This document shows, piece by piece, positions 11,716 through 23,868 of a stretch of DNA of 36,678 nucleotides. Source of the DNA: Tubiluchus corallicola (Eukaryota; Animalia; Priapulida); NCBI GenBank assembly GCA_030141605.1, contig JAQGDQ010001519.1:1-36678 (forward strand). The letters run 5' to 3'. Within the stretch, counting starts at the first letter, position 1; every line of letters begins with the position of its first letter. A program made the translations under genes and the position numbers. Below the pieces are notes generated by a model, which worked only from the letters and a program-made list of their open reading frames with translations, was not told the DNA's origin and ran no database searches.

Positions 11716-13512
11716 TACGTTATACTAACGCAACCCTGTTCAAAATCTACAGTGTACAAGTCTCCCTGGTTTTATATCAAAAATTTCAAAATGATAAAAT
11801 TACAGCGGGTTATACACGTATCCAGTTGATCAAGGTGATACTTTAGTCTAGAAACAGGTCAGGCAGGCAGAATCTCTATAATTACTCATCTAATTAATCA
11901 AGCTAAATTGGACACTGATTTATCTACCTTTAATGACGCCCAGATAAAGGCGACACGCATAAGTGACACTCAGATGTTACATACAAGGCCGATATAAACG
12001 ATAAAACTCAAAATAAATTAGTTTCCTGACACTTGCTTCCAATTATAGAAACAATGAGGTTTAGAAAAGACGTTCAACCAATCAGTGACTTCTAATCAGC
12101 GTGGTGGATTGACAGTCGCAGTCAATCGATTATTTAACATTCAACGAGTCTTTGACTTTTAACCACAGTGGTGAACAATTAGACGCCGACAATCGATTAT
12201 TTAAAAATAATAACAATATATTTTCCTTGATCTAGCAGTTAAAGCTATAATTGTTTTTCGTTGCTAAAACTGTAAAATGCATAAAATAACAAGGTAACAA
12301 GGAAGGAAATGTTGTAGAAATTTAATTTTACAGCTTCTTCAGCTTTGACGTTAATATGAAAGCCGAAAAGACAGAATAGTAGTAGTGACACATGTTTAAA
12401 AAAGGTGGGTCACTTCTCAATTGAAAAGACGACAAGCAATCAAGGGTAAAAATGATATCTGGGTATCTTCAGTTTAGTTAGCTTGAAATCGTAATTGACG
12501 TCAAACGTATTGGTTTATCGCTACGCCTCCGCTGCGACGTAAGCACGCTCAGCAGGATTCGGGACAACAGCTCACAGGACAACTGTCTCAACTAAGCTAA
12601 ACTAAACTAAACCAAACATCATGACAGTCAGAACTAATGTCTGATCAGCAGATAAACTGATTGCACTTTTTCGTAAATACCATTTTGCAGAGCAGCAGCT
12701 ACTTTTACACGAAATTAACACTTCAAGTAACCAAAAAATGAGTTTTCAATTTAAACAGAATGTAGAGACGAAGTTTCAAAGCACTACAAAATACAGAGAC
12801 ATAAGCATAATAAAGAAACTAAACCATTTAGCTTTGCTTTACAATAAATGAGCAACAAAAATATTAAGTCTTTCCTGCCTTTGAACATACGAACATCAAG
12901 CCTGCGATGTATTTTTTTATATTAACTGATCATGTGCTCGTCTGCGAGATTTACTAAGTTTTTGTATTTTTCCTTTTGCCGGGTTACGGAAATGGAATAA
13001 ATGTGACTGTTCCATTCCATAGACGACCTTCATGTTGAATGCCCGAGTTACACAAGTCCCATGGCATCTTTTAACCTTGATTATAACCAGAAAAATAGCG
13101 TAAAATTAGTTAATACTACAATGATGTATAATATAAGTTTTGACCACATTTGTATTAATTTTGACCGTGAAGATCTCATTGAGGTTTATAAAAACTCAAA
13201 TGGCCAGAAAAGGAAACAGTTTGTTTTGTCCTTATTTAAAGTTAATCAAATAGTTGTTTTATCTAACTTGCAAAGCCATAAACTAAACTAAACTGCGTAG
13301 TTTCTTGATCGCAAAATGGTTTAATCAGCAACTCGTAGACGTAAGCGTTGTGCATTTCTTCCTACAAACGAAACTAGATTGTAGTCTTCCATAAATTCAT
13401 TTACAATTTCAATTGACAATAATAAAATCTAGAACCAGGTCAATATTTCTCCCGCTAACTAATGAAAAGTTGAGCATTTCTCATACCAGTATTAGAGGCA
13501 GCTGTAATTATA

Positions 13513-13940
13513 GGTTTTACATGTCAAATGTAGACCTGTGTTAACTCAAATGTAGATTTAGGTAATTCAAATGTGTCTTGGTAACTCAAATGTAGATTTA
13601 GGTAGTTCAAATGCGTCTTGGTAACTCAAATGTAGTCTTAGGTAGTTCAAATGTGTTAACAATGGTTTTCAAGAAATCTTAAGCGTTTTTGGTAATTCAA
13701 ATGTGTCTTGGTAACTCAAATGTAGACTTAGGCAGTTCAAATGTGTTAAGAAATGTGTTAACAATGGTTTTCAAGAAATCTTAAGCGTTTTAGGTAAGTC
13801 AAATGTAGACACATGTCAAGTCAAATATCCTATGTCTACATTTGACTTACCTAAGTCACATTTGAACTTTCCTGTGTCTACATTTGACTTACCTAAGTCA
13901 CATTTGAATTTTCCTGTGTCTACATTTGACGTGTAAAACC
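13513..13940. mobile_element. Foldback-type MITE with modular internal repeats, TA-flanked
   Basis: TIRs GGTTTTACATGTCAAATGTAGAC / GTCTACATTTGACGTGTAAAACC (1 mismatch), with TA on both sides (13511-12, 13941-42). TCAAATG(T) modules run direct on the left and inverted (CATTTGA) on the right. Superfamily not assigned. Confidence 0.8.
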
Positions 13941-14458
13941 TAGAAATGTCCCGAACGTACCTGCGTTAATTAAGCTCTGCAGGGCTGTGAAATGATTTTG
14001 GTGGCTAAAGTCTCCGGGCTTATGGAACATAAAAACTGACCTCATAAAGTGAACGCGTTAAAAAGTAATGAAAATCTATTCCAACTTGACCACTTCTAAC
14101 CCGGACGGCATGCACTGTGACTAGTAATATTTCATAGATCTGGGAATGTAGGAATATCGCAACATTGAACCCACATTCTGAGAAATGTCTTTAATAACAC
14201 GCCTGTTACATGGCCGTAAAACACACGAAGCGAAGGAATATGCATAGTGGCGCCGCCCAGTGACTCTCAAACAAATGATTTCGGAGAACTGATCTTTAAT
14301 AATTCAATGCCACACAAACTCGAGAATTGAGTTTTCAGTTTTACCATACAGGTGTAAATTTTGCAACTTAGTAACTGGATAGCTGTACTTCTAATTCAGT
14401 TAAAATATACCCAGTTAAATTGGAGCAAATCTACCGCGTTAGTTTATCGGTAGCGGTT

Positions 14459-15233
14459 ATACAACACAGCAACAATGAAAAAGCTTTAGGTACAACACAG
14501 CAACAATGAAAAAGCTTTAGGTACAAAACAGCAACAATGAAAAAGCTTTAGGGACAACACAGCAACAATGAAAAAGCTTTAGGTACAACACAGCAACAAT
14601 GAAAAAGCTTTAGGTACAACACAGCAACAATGAAAAAGCTTTAGGGACAACACAGCAACAATGAAAAAGCTTTAGGTACAACACAGCAACAATGAAAAAG
14701 CTTTAGGTACAACACAGCAACAATGAAAAAGCTTTAGGTACAACACAGCAACAATGAAAAAGCTTTAGGTACAACACAGCAACAATGAAAAAGCTTTAGG
14801 TACAACACAGCAACAATGAAAAAGCTTTAGGTACAACACAGCAACAATGAAAAAGCTTTAGGTACAACACAGCAACAATGAAAAAGCTTTAGGTACAACA
14901 CAGCAACAATGAAAAAGCTTTAGGTACAACACAGCAACAATGAAAAAGCTTTAGGTACAACACAGCAACAATGAAAAAGCTTTAGGTACAACACAGCAAC
15001 AATGAAAAAGCTTTAGGTACAACACAGCAACAATGAAAAAGCTTTAGGTACAACACAGCAACAATGAAAAAGCTTTAGGTACAACACAGCAACAATGAAA
15101 AAGCTTTAGGTACAACACAGCAACAATGAAAAAGCTTTAGGTACAACACAGCAACAATGAAAAAGCTTTAGGTACAACACAGCAACAATGAAAAAGCTTT
15201 AGGTACAACACAGCAACAATGAAAAAGCTTTAG
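14459..15233. repeat. 31-bp minisatellite, ~25 near-identical copies
   Basis: Unit TACAACACAGCAACAATGAAAAAGCTTTAGG. Confidence 0.97.
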
Positions 15234-15516
15234 CTATTGGAATAAATAAACATGAATGCACAAAGACATATATGTGATAATTAAAAGAATATTACGCCAC
15301 CTTTTAAAACGCCGTACATTAACTGCTTTGAAGGTATCATTAGCTAATCAAACCGAACAATGTACAGTATGTACGTATCTTGAAAGGTGAAAACTGTGCA
15401 AAAGTACAGCAGTAGCAGCAGTACACGACGACGTTTTCTTAAAAATACTGCATTGTGCAGTACAGGAGAGTTTTTTAATAAGCAGTAGGCAGTACAGGTT
15501 TTTTTGGTGGGTGGTT

Positions 15517-16871
15517 TTCCCTTAAAAAATACAGCAGTACACGACGACGTTTTCCCTTAAAAAATACAGCAGTAGCAGCAGTACACGACGACCTTTTCCC
15601 TTAAAAAATACAGCAGTAGCAGCAGTACACGACGACCTTTTCCCTTAAAAAATACAGCAGTAGCAGCAGTACACGACGACCTTTTCCCTTAAAAAATACA
15701 GCAGTAGCAGCAGTACACGACGACGTTTTCCCTTAAAAATACAGCAGTAGCAGCAGTACACGACGACGTTTTCCCTTAAAAAGTACAGCAGTAGCAGCAG
15801 TACACGACGACGTTTTCCCTTAAAAATACAGCAGTAGCAGCAGTACACGACGACGTTTTCCCTTAAAAAATACAGCAGTAGCAGCAGTACACGACGACGT
15901 TTTCCCTTAAAAAATACAGCAGTAGCAGCAGTACACGACAACCTTTTCCCTTAAAAAATACAGCAGTAGCAGCAGTACACGACGACGTTTTCCCTTAAAA
16001 ATACAGCAGTAGCAGCAGTACACGACGACGTTTTCCCTTAAAAAGTACAGCAGTAGCAGCAGTACACGACGACGTTTTCCCTTAAAAAGTACAGCAGTAG
16101 CAGCAGTATACGACAACGTTTTCCCTTAAAAAGTACAGCAGTATACGACGACGTTTTCCCTTAAAAAGTACAGCAGTAGCAGCAGTATACGACGACGTTT
16201 TCCCTTAAAAAGTACAGCAGTAGCAGCAGTACACGATGACGTTTTCCCTTAAAAAGTACAGCAGTAGCAGCAGTACACGACGACGTTTTCCCTTAAAAAG
16301 TACAGCAGTAGCAGCAGTACACGACGACGTTTTCCCTTAAAAATACAGCAGTAGCAGCAGTACACGACGACGTTTTCCCTTGAAAATACAGCAGTAGCAG
16401 CAGTACACGACGACGTTTTCCCTTAAAAAGTACAGCAGTAGCAGCAGTACACGACGACGTTTTCCCTTAAAAAGTACAGCAGTAGCAGCAGTACACGACG
16501 ACGTTTTCCCTTAAAAAATACAGCAGTAGCAGCAGTACACGACGACGTTTTCCCTTAAAAAGTACAGCAGTAGCAGCAGTACACGACGACGTTTTCCCTT
16601 AAAAATATAGCAGTAGCAGCAGTACACGACGACGTTTTCCCTTAAAAATACAGCAGTAGCAGCAGTACACGACAACGTTTTCCCTTAAAAAATACAGCAG
16701 TAGCAGCAGTACACGACGACGTTTTCCCTTAAAAAGTACAGCAGTAGCAGCAGTACACGACGACGTTTTCCCTTAAAAACTACAGCAGTAGCAGCAGTAC
16801 ACGACGACGTTTTCCCTTAAAAAGTACAGCAGTAGCAGCAGTATACGACAACGTTCTCCCTTAAAAAGTAC
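15517..16871. repeat. 43-44-bp minisatellite, ~31 copies (degenerate copies from ~15401)
   Basis: Unit AAAARTACAGCAGTAGCAGCAGTACACGACGACGTTTTCCCTTA; length varies in the A-run. Confidence 0.97.
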
Positions 16872-16883
16872 AAGATTTCTTTA

Positions 16884-17078
16884 CCGTTGGTCGTTTAGAC
16901 AACATTATCACCAACGGCTATTTAGCGACTTACAATTACAACAATATAGATAAGGGTAAGGACGCAACACACAAACAACAAAAAGCATGTAGGGTACATG
17001 TCCTGACGTTGGCAGTCGCTAGTATCGAACTCCAGTCTACGTGGTTGCAGTCAAAAATCTAGACCATTCAGCCCCACC
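16884..17078 (-). mobile_element. Candidate tRNA-derived SINE (degenerate)
   Basis: Minus strand GGTGGGGCTGAATGGTCTAGA..TTGACTGCAA..GGAGTTCGATAC has A-box-like (17074-17064) and B-box-like (17032-17022) motifs at tRNA spacing. No intact acceptor stem. Terminal hairpin CCGTTGGT/ACCAACGG (16884-16917). Confidence 0.5.
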
Positions 17079-18966
17079 CAACCTAGGACTGAAATATGCG
17101 TGATAATAACGCAAAAGTATGATTGCTGTAACTTTACAACAGTCTACGCGATTTCTGCCGGAGGTTGTGAAGTCACCCTTATTATTGGTTTACACCGAAC
17201 TGGGGGAAACAGCCAAACTGTGGTCTTAAAGCAATAAAACTGTCTTGCAAAGACGTGTTATGTACGTTTTCACGGATATTTTCACTTGAATGTCAAGTTC
17301 TCAAACTCGGGTTGATTAAATTTTATGGTCCATAGAAGAAAGCGCCGCAGTGTTAATGAACTAATACCTGTACAGAGTTTACCTGTAGGCAGGTTAGGGA
17401 TGCGTTTAAAACACATGTTGCACTTATGTACAGCTCAAATAATAATTCCAGCAGTTGTTGCAGTGGCACAGAGGAATTCTCAACTCACTAAATCCAGTTT
17501 CAAAAAGTCATGAATGAAAAATTCACATTTGATTCGAATCATGGGCAGAATAAATTAGAACAATAGTCTTTCTTTAAGCAGGAATTCCGATGCTACCTTA
17601 TGAGAAAAACGAACTTATGGTGTAACTTTTAAAGACAATAAGACACGTAGTAAGGCAGCCCTTATTATGTGTAATCACAGAAAACACTGTCCACAGAGGT
17701 TAATACCACTGAATGCTTTATTAACATAATTAGTATGTCCAGTATAACATAAATGTCCAACAGCTCCCATAAAGTGGATTAACCTGACTGTTCAGAGCAC
17801 AGGTGTGTAATGACAGACAGGTGACTAGCAGGTAACAAACTGAAAAGCTGGCCAAAACCAAAAGCTTTACATTCACGTCACAGATGGCGCCTCGTGCACG
17901 ATAAGTAAGATTAACAAAAAACAAATAAAAGCTAAGTCTGCTACATTATGAATACCACTTTTGAGACTGTATAACACAGTAACTAAGGCCTTACGTGTGT
18001 TTACGGTAACTTATTTAATGCCAAAAGTCGAAAACAATGAAATGCAAGGGTCTATGCATTTTCATAGATAAACATTAACTGCGTTGGATAACTAATGTTA
18101 CACTATTTCGGTTTATAAACAAAAAAAAGGTATAAAAACTGTAAATGCGGTAGAGCTATGCCCTAGTCTACTCCAATTATTTTAGCACCTGATTATTCTT
18201 CACACAGATAAGCACAGTTAGGCACGCTTTGCAAATGGATGGTTGGCTGATTGTGTTCTGTTCCACCAGCCCGACTAGCATGGAGAGGGTTAGTCAGCAA
18301 TGCGATGGTTAATAGCTAACCTCAGCGGGCCACACTTAGCAGATGAATGCCCGGATGTAATTTCAGGGTAGGGAAAGAGTTGCTTGGGACATTTCTACGA
18401 CCCTGTTAACTTTGTTGCTCCAATAATTTCGAGAAGCTTATCATTATCGAACATGTCCTCTTGATTATAGTTGCAGCTTATAAGAGCTATAGTTAACATC
18501 CTCCCCCCCCCCCCCCATGCGTGACCTAGACGCTTGTATAACTTGTGTTGAACACGGCGAGCTGTTTGCAATGCCCCATTCAATTTTACCTGAACAAATA
18601 AACGTCTGCAAAAGTTCTCGCTCAATAAACACGTAAAATCTACATTTGATTTAAAGTCCTCAAACAACGACGCTTTTACAGCAAATACCCGGTAAGCCGC
18701 CCCGCTGAAGAACACCTAAACTGACACACATGCAGTCAGATTTTGTCACTTCCGCTAATCAGATTTTGTCACTTCCGCTATGAGCGTCATGTTCAATATA
18801 GAACACAGAACGAATTGAAAACAGTATTACCTTGAATTAAGTTGAATGACGCAACAAACCAACACAAACGTACACCGTTTCATATACGTACACGGAGGAA
18901 GGAAAGTACAAGACAACAAGCAAGTACGAGACGAAATCAGTAAATGAACAGGTGTATTGATAATTA

Positions 18967-19512
18967 GCTACGGCCATATCACGTTGAAAACACCGGTTCT
19001 CGCCTGATCACCGAAGTTAAGCAATGCAGAGCTTGGTTAGTACTTGGATGGGTGACCGCCTAGGAATACCCAGGTGCTGTAGGCTTGCGGGATGTCCACG
19101 CTGTATCTCGACACTAGGCGGAGGAGCTGCACAAGCAGCCAACGGCTAGAGGGCGGAGGAGGTCAAGTGACCCTACGGCCATGTGTAGAGGAGTAAACCT
19201 TCCAAATCAGAAGTGGAGCCCCGAAGGCAGACCAGTACAGCATACTCACTGACTCCGGCAGCTCCTGCAGCCAACCTGGTGCCAAACGTATCGCTTTCCT
19301 TTGGACTACACCAGGGAGGAAGAGAGGGGGTTCCTGTTGTCTGGACAACTCAGGATCTCCATACACCTTGCCCAGGCGTGCGCCCTGGAGACGTTCAAGG
19401 ATCGCACTGCTCAGCCACAGTCGACGCTGCAGCTCCATCAATGTGATCAATAACTGACTCTCTTGGCGCACACTCCATTGTCTTCCGAGGCAGAAGGATG
19501 CCAACAACAACA
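18967..19512 (+). mobile_element. 5S rRNA-derived SINE (SINE3) with RTE-like body, copy 1
   Basis: 5S-like head 18967-19086 (box A AGTTAAGC, box C TGGATGGGTGACCGCC) with no T4 terminator after it. ~420-bp body and (CAA)n tail. Imperfect 11-bp TSD ATTGATAATTA (18956-18966) / ATTTATAATTA (19513-19523). Homologous over its full length to copy 2. Confidence 0.9.
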
Positions 19513-20816
19513 ATTTATAATTATAGTTATGATCTTTAGTTAATCAAACAGCAGCTGTTGTTAACAGCAATAATAGTCCTATATGTCTCCCTGACCTAGT
19601 TATTCCATTTGTATGCTTGCCTGCAATAATTCATATACATTAAAGTGATTAATAACAGCAACGACAAATTTCCGTTACAAAACCGATGACGCATTGATTG
19701 AGCTTTTAACGATGTGGCATTTGCATGTGAAGTCAGTTAATTAAAATTAAACAAAAAAGCGAGGTATGGCCGACGCAAAAAACTCCATAATTTATAAACC
19801 GAAGTAGAACGACTGGACTTAAAAATTCGCCAAAGTAATCTATCAATGCTTTAAAACTAGTGCATTTGATAAACGATCTATGTGCCTCTAGTAAAATTTT
19901 TGTTTAGAATGTTGCAGCTGCTCGCACAAAGGCGTCAAAAAAACTTGTTAACTAGAAATTTCGAAAACGACGAATAAATCAAGAAAAAAAAGCATTTGCT
20001 AGCCCACTAGTGGGTCAAATAACTAGCCAATGCTTGTTCTTGACCGACAAGAATACTAAAATAATCTTTTCTACGCTGACACCGTTCCATTACGGGCATA
20101 GCTAACTGATTAGCGAACTTTCACAACTGACAACTTTATGATACACAAACGTGGAATGAAATAAAGCACTAGTAGGTTAGACAACAAAAAGCAGATTGAA
20201 TAAACTAAATTATTAAGTGCCTCTCTTGCATAAAGTGCTGAACACACTAACTTTAGAAAACGGCACGTCTGCGTTTGAACGCTTCATAATCTCTGAAATG
20301 AAATGTAAAAGTTGATGATTGAATGCACGAAAGCTAGGTTCACATGACATAATTACCCCACAAATAAGCACTTCCATGAATAACGATTGAATCTCTCCGC
20401 GGAAGAAATTCTCAATAAACCGACTTTATGGATTTGAGGAACAATTTCTATTCACACATTCACTTTTCGGTCTCCTGACCTGTTTTGCATTCTTTTCAGA
20501 TTTACGACTTTTTTGCTTAACCGCAATTTCATAATTTTATAGCATCAGTAATAGTTACTGACTTTCAATTAGTGAGGAATGGGGAGTATATTAGTATATT
20601 ATAGTAATATACATGTACAGAATTCAGATCAAGGTACGCTAGTACAATAGAAAGAATATAGAAGTTAGATATAGAACACGAAAACGAGTGAAATATTTTG
20701 CTTGTATTTGCCGCCATGCTGCTTTCTTAGTAATGAACTAGTTATTTATGTGTGAAGCATTGTAGCATTATAGTAAAGCATTATGACAAATGCAGCGAAT
20801 CTGGAACGTACTTTAA

Positions 20817-21391
20817 AGGAAGACAGGCTGATTTTTTATATACTACTCCATTTTCAAACACGGTAAAAGTATACATTTTAACACAATGAATACTGCAAAA
20901 GCGTTTCTGGTAATTAAATAATAGATTAAAACTTAATTAACATCACAAACTGACATAATTTTCAACAGCAAAAATATTCCACTAGCATGTTGCACGTTTA
21001 TGTGAAAGCGAAAATTGAAGTACAGTGCTACTGTAAGATAATTAGTGTGTTGTACTAAAACTAGGCAAGTTTTGAGATAAATTTGAGTGAGCACAGCGAT
21101 AAATTCTAAATTTGCATTTTTGTCTTAGAACTTGCCTAGTTTTTATTTTACAGTAGCACTGAACTTCAATTTTCGCTTTCACATACATGTGCAACACGCT
21201 CGCGGAATGTTTTTGCTGTTGAAAATTATGTTAGTTTGTGATGTCATTAATAATTGGGCTCGCCCGCCGCTAATAAGTTTTTTAATCTATTATTTAATTA
21301 TCAGAAGTGCTCTTACAGTATTAATTGTGTTAAAATGTTTATTGTTTACTAGACTTGAAAATGAGGTAGTATATGAAAAATTTGTCTTCCT
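20817..21391. mobile_element. Palindromic Kolobok-like non-autonomous element
   Basis: TTAA (20813-16) AGGAAGACA ... TGTCTTCCT TTAA (21392-95). Arms are inverted complements over ~260 bp (e.g. CATCACAAACTGACATAATTTTCAACAGCAAAAA vs TTTTTGCTGTTGAAAATTATGTTAGTTTGTGATG). RR..YY termini with TTAA fit Kolobok. Confidence 0.82.
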
Positions 21392-21737
21392 TTAAGTTAC
21401 TTGAAATATCTATATATTATTGATTGGCACAACAAACAAAAGTCACTAACAAAAACTTAAATTCTGAAGAAAGTGTTACATTCTTGGCCGCTTCCGTATT
21501 AAGTTGACCGCACCGAAGTCCCACGTGCCCCGTAGATACGTAATGCAATAATCTGCGTGTCTTGTAACATGTTGTACGTCAGAAAATTCAAGTTTCTGGT
21601 GAAGCGAGAACACGTTCTACATACAAATTACTTTGATGGGGTTTAGTGCAGCGGGACGAATGTAGTAAGTATATTGTGTCCAAGCCTATTACTGTAGAAT
21701 AAACAAATGACATTACACGATTCATTACTTCTCGTTT

Positions 21738-22238
21738 ATATCACGTTGAAAACACCGGTTCTCGTCTGATCACCGAAGTTAAGCAACGTAGTGCCTGGTT
21801 AGTGCTTGGATGGGTGACCGCCTAGGAATACCAGGTGCTGTAGGCTTGCGGGATGTCCACACTGTATCTCGACACTAGGCGGAAGAGCTGCACAAGCAGC
21901 CAACGGCTAGAGGGCGGAGGAGGCCAAGTGACCCAACGGCCATGTGTCGAGGAGTAAACCTTCCAAATCAGGAGTGGAGCCCCGAAGGCGGACCAGTGCA
22001 GCATGCTCACTGACTCCGGCAGCTCCTGCAGCCAACCTGGTATCGCTCCGTTTTCCTTTGAAAGAGAGGGAGGAAGAGAGGGGGTTCCTGTTGCCTGGGC
22101 AACTCAGGATCTCCATACACCTTGCCCAGGCGTGCGCCCTGGAGAGGCCACTCCAGTGGTTCAAGGGTCGGATTGCTCAGCCACAGTCGACGCTCTGACT
22201 GTCTTGGCGCACACTTCCGAGACAGAAGGATGCCAACA
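21738..22238 (+). mobile_element. 5S rRNA-derived SINE (SINE3) with RTE-like body, copy 2
   Basis: 5S head lacking the first ~9 nt (21738-21847), then the same body and GAAGGATGCCAACA end as copy 1. 18-bp TSD with 2 mismatches: ATTCATTACTTCTCGTTT (21720-37) / ATTCATTACGTCTAGTTT (22239-56). Confidence 0.9.
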
Positions 22239-23406
22239 ATTCATTACGTCTAGTTTACGTAAGTCCTGTGATGACCAACGACTATTTTTAATAGTCTCTG
22301 TTTTAATTCAAAATTACTTTTCTCGAGCAGAATCTAAACGGTGTCTATTTCAGACCAGCCCAGTTTTTCCTTTTGCTGTAGATTATATTGGTTTATGAAT
22401 GAAAATTTTGTAAAAATTACAATAGTTAGCAAAACTGAATGGGATAATGTGTGCTAATAATATCGGAAACCATTGTATAAATCCGCGCATACAAAAAACA
22501 CATTAACGAATGTGTGCACGTTTGTAACAGGCCACACGATCCATCACACCTGGAACTCTGTTTCCCTATATTATATTCAAATATAAGGAACAATTGTTAA
22601 CTTTTGTAGGCAAGAAAATGTATATTTTGGACAGTAAATTAAAATGAGATTGAGTCTAAACAATCGTCCGGTATTACTTTAACGTTAAATTATTCGAATT
22701 TTAGTTGGACATTGGCGGTTAATCACAAGCCGATCGAGAAACGTCACGATAAAATTTAATTTGAATTAAAAATCGCGAATAATTTGTTGCTTTTCATTTG
22801 TTTCATTTTAACTACCTAATCGTCACAGAACAAAAGAGTCAAGAATCGTTATTTTACAGCTCAAAATGTCAACTGAAGTTCGTAACTAATTAAACAGCGA
22901 CCCAAATGGTACAGTCAATCAAGAATAGTATCCTTGGCTTGCTTAATTAACCTTTATTAATTAAAACCTCGTGGTTAAAGCGCTATCAACAAACGACGGT
23001 AGTTGTGTGAACTTGTGTAAAAACAGGTAAAGTAAATTTTAACAGCTCATCCATAATAAAACAGACAAAATCAACGAGCTAACGTCGAACTAATCACTTA
23101 ATCTATAGTGTGTTTTATGAAGAAAAATTGCTTAACAGCCCTGACTCACTAAGTACATACACAAAACTGTACAAGCCGTAAGCTATTGGAAAACTGGTTG
23201 TTTTTGTCAACGTTTGGTAACCGTTTTCAACAAAAAAAACGTCAAATACAAAACAATGTTTGAACGTGTCTTTAGATACGATTTGTGATACAAAATTTAA
23301 TAAAATTAGTCTGTTACGACCACGAATACACGATATACTGCAATGGTCTTTAATCGCTGGACTTTTTCAACGTCACCTTAAGTGTTAATAATGGTTCTTG
23401 TTGCTA

Positions 23407-23435
23407 CACACACACGCACACGCACACGCACACGC

Positions 23436-23472
<37 letters not shown>

Positions 23473-23487
23473 GAGAGAGAGAGAGAG
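23407..23487. repeat. Compound (CA/CACGCA)n-(GA)n microsatellite
   Basis: Direct observation. Confidence 0.95.
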
Positions 23488-23624
23488 GACTGCTTGAGTT
23501 GCACAAAAATTATGTTTACACTTGAAATAAATGAAATAAAAGAGGACCTGTTAAAGTATGTTAAAAGCGTTAGATTATGATAGATAATTATGCTGATGAA
23601 TGCTGGCATGAAGCCCAGTTAACG

Positions 23625-23868
23625 TGTGGTGTCACGTGAGCAAGTGATTCAGAACCGAAGCGTAGGCATCGAGGCGTCGAAGCTCGGCGCACGAGATATA
23701 AGCCTTGTGAAGCGCCCAGCTCAGGGTATTGGGTCTGGGAGCTGAAGGAGATCAGACTAGATCAGGGGGCCTGGCATTACTATCTGTTATATTCATTGTG
23801 TTTGATGTTTAATAAACGTGTAGTTTTATAATCAGACTCTTCGTAGTTTTGCCATCCCTAAAACACCA
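23625..23868 (+). mobile_element. Possible solo LTR
   Basis: Begins TGTGGTGT and ends ACACCA (short inverted termini). GC-richer U3-like part, TATAAG at 23697 and AATAAA at 23811, in LTR order. No clean TSD. Confidence 0.4.

Noticed and set aside
13961-14045. Minus-strand ATG-initiated segment ending CAG|GTACGT
   Set aside because: Ends in phase 1, incompatible with the phase-0 acceptor at 10429.
16885-16905. Alternative first exon MLSKRPT (minus strand, phase 0)
   Set aside because: Weak donor (ACG|GTAAAG), and it lies within the hairpin of a putative SINE.
17005-17078. tRNA gene (GCA anticodon-like)
   Set aside because: Stems do not pair into a cloverleaf; kept only as a SINE-head candidate.
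18967-19086. Functional 5S rRNA genes (also 21738-21847)
   Set aside because: No oligo-T terminator, several substitutions or 5' truncation, a shared downstream body and TSDs: these are SINE heads.
19173-19182. Internal repeat of the 5S start (CTACGGCCAT) suggesting a dimeric head
   Set aside because: Only 10 bp, not conserved in copy 2 (CAACGGCCAT), and no further 5S similarity follows.
23593-23615. Hammerhead ribozyme-like CTGATGA-ATGC..GCAT-GAAG
   Set aside because: GAAA is replaced by GAAG, the loop is only 2 nt, and I found no convincing stems I and III.
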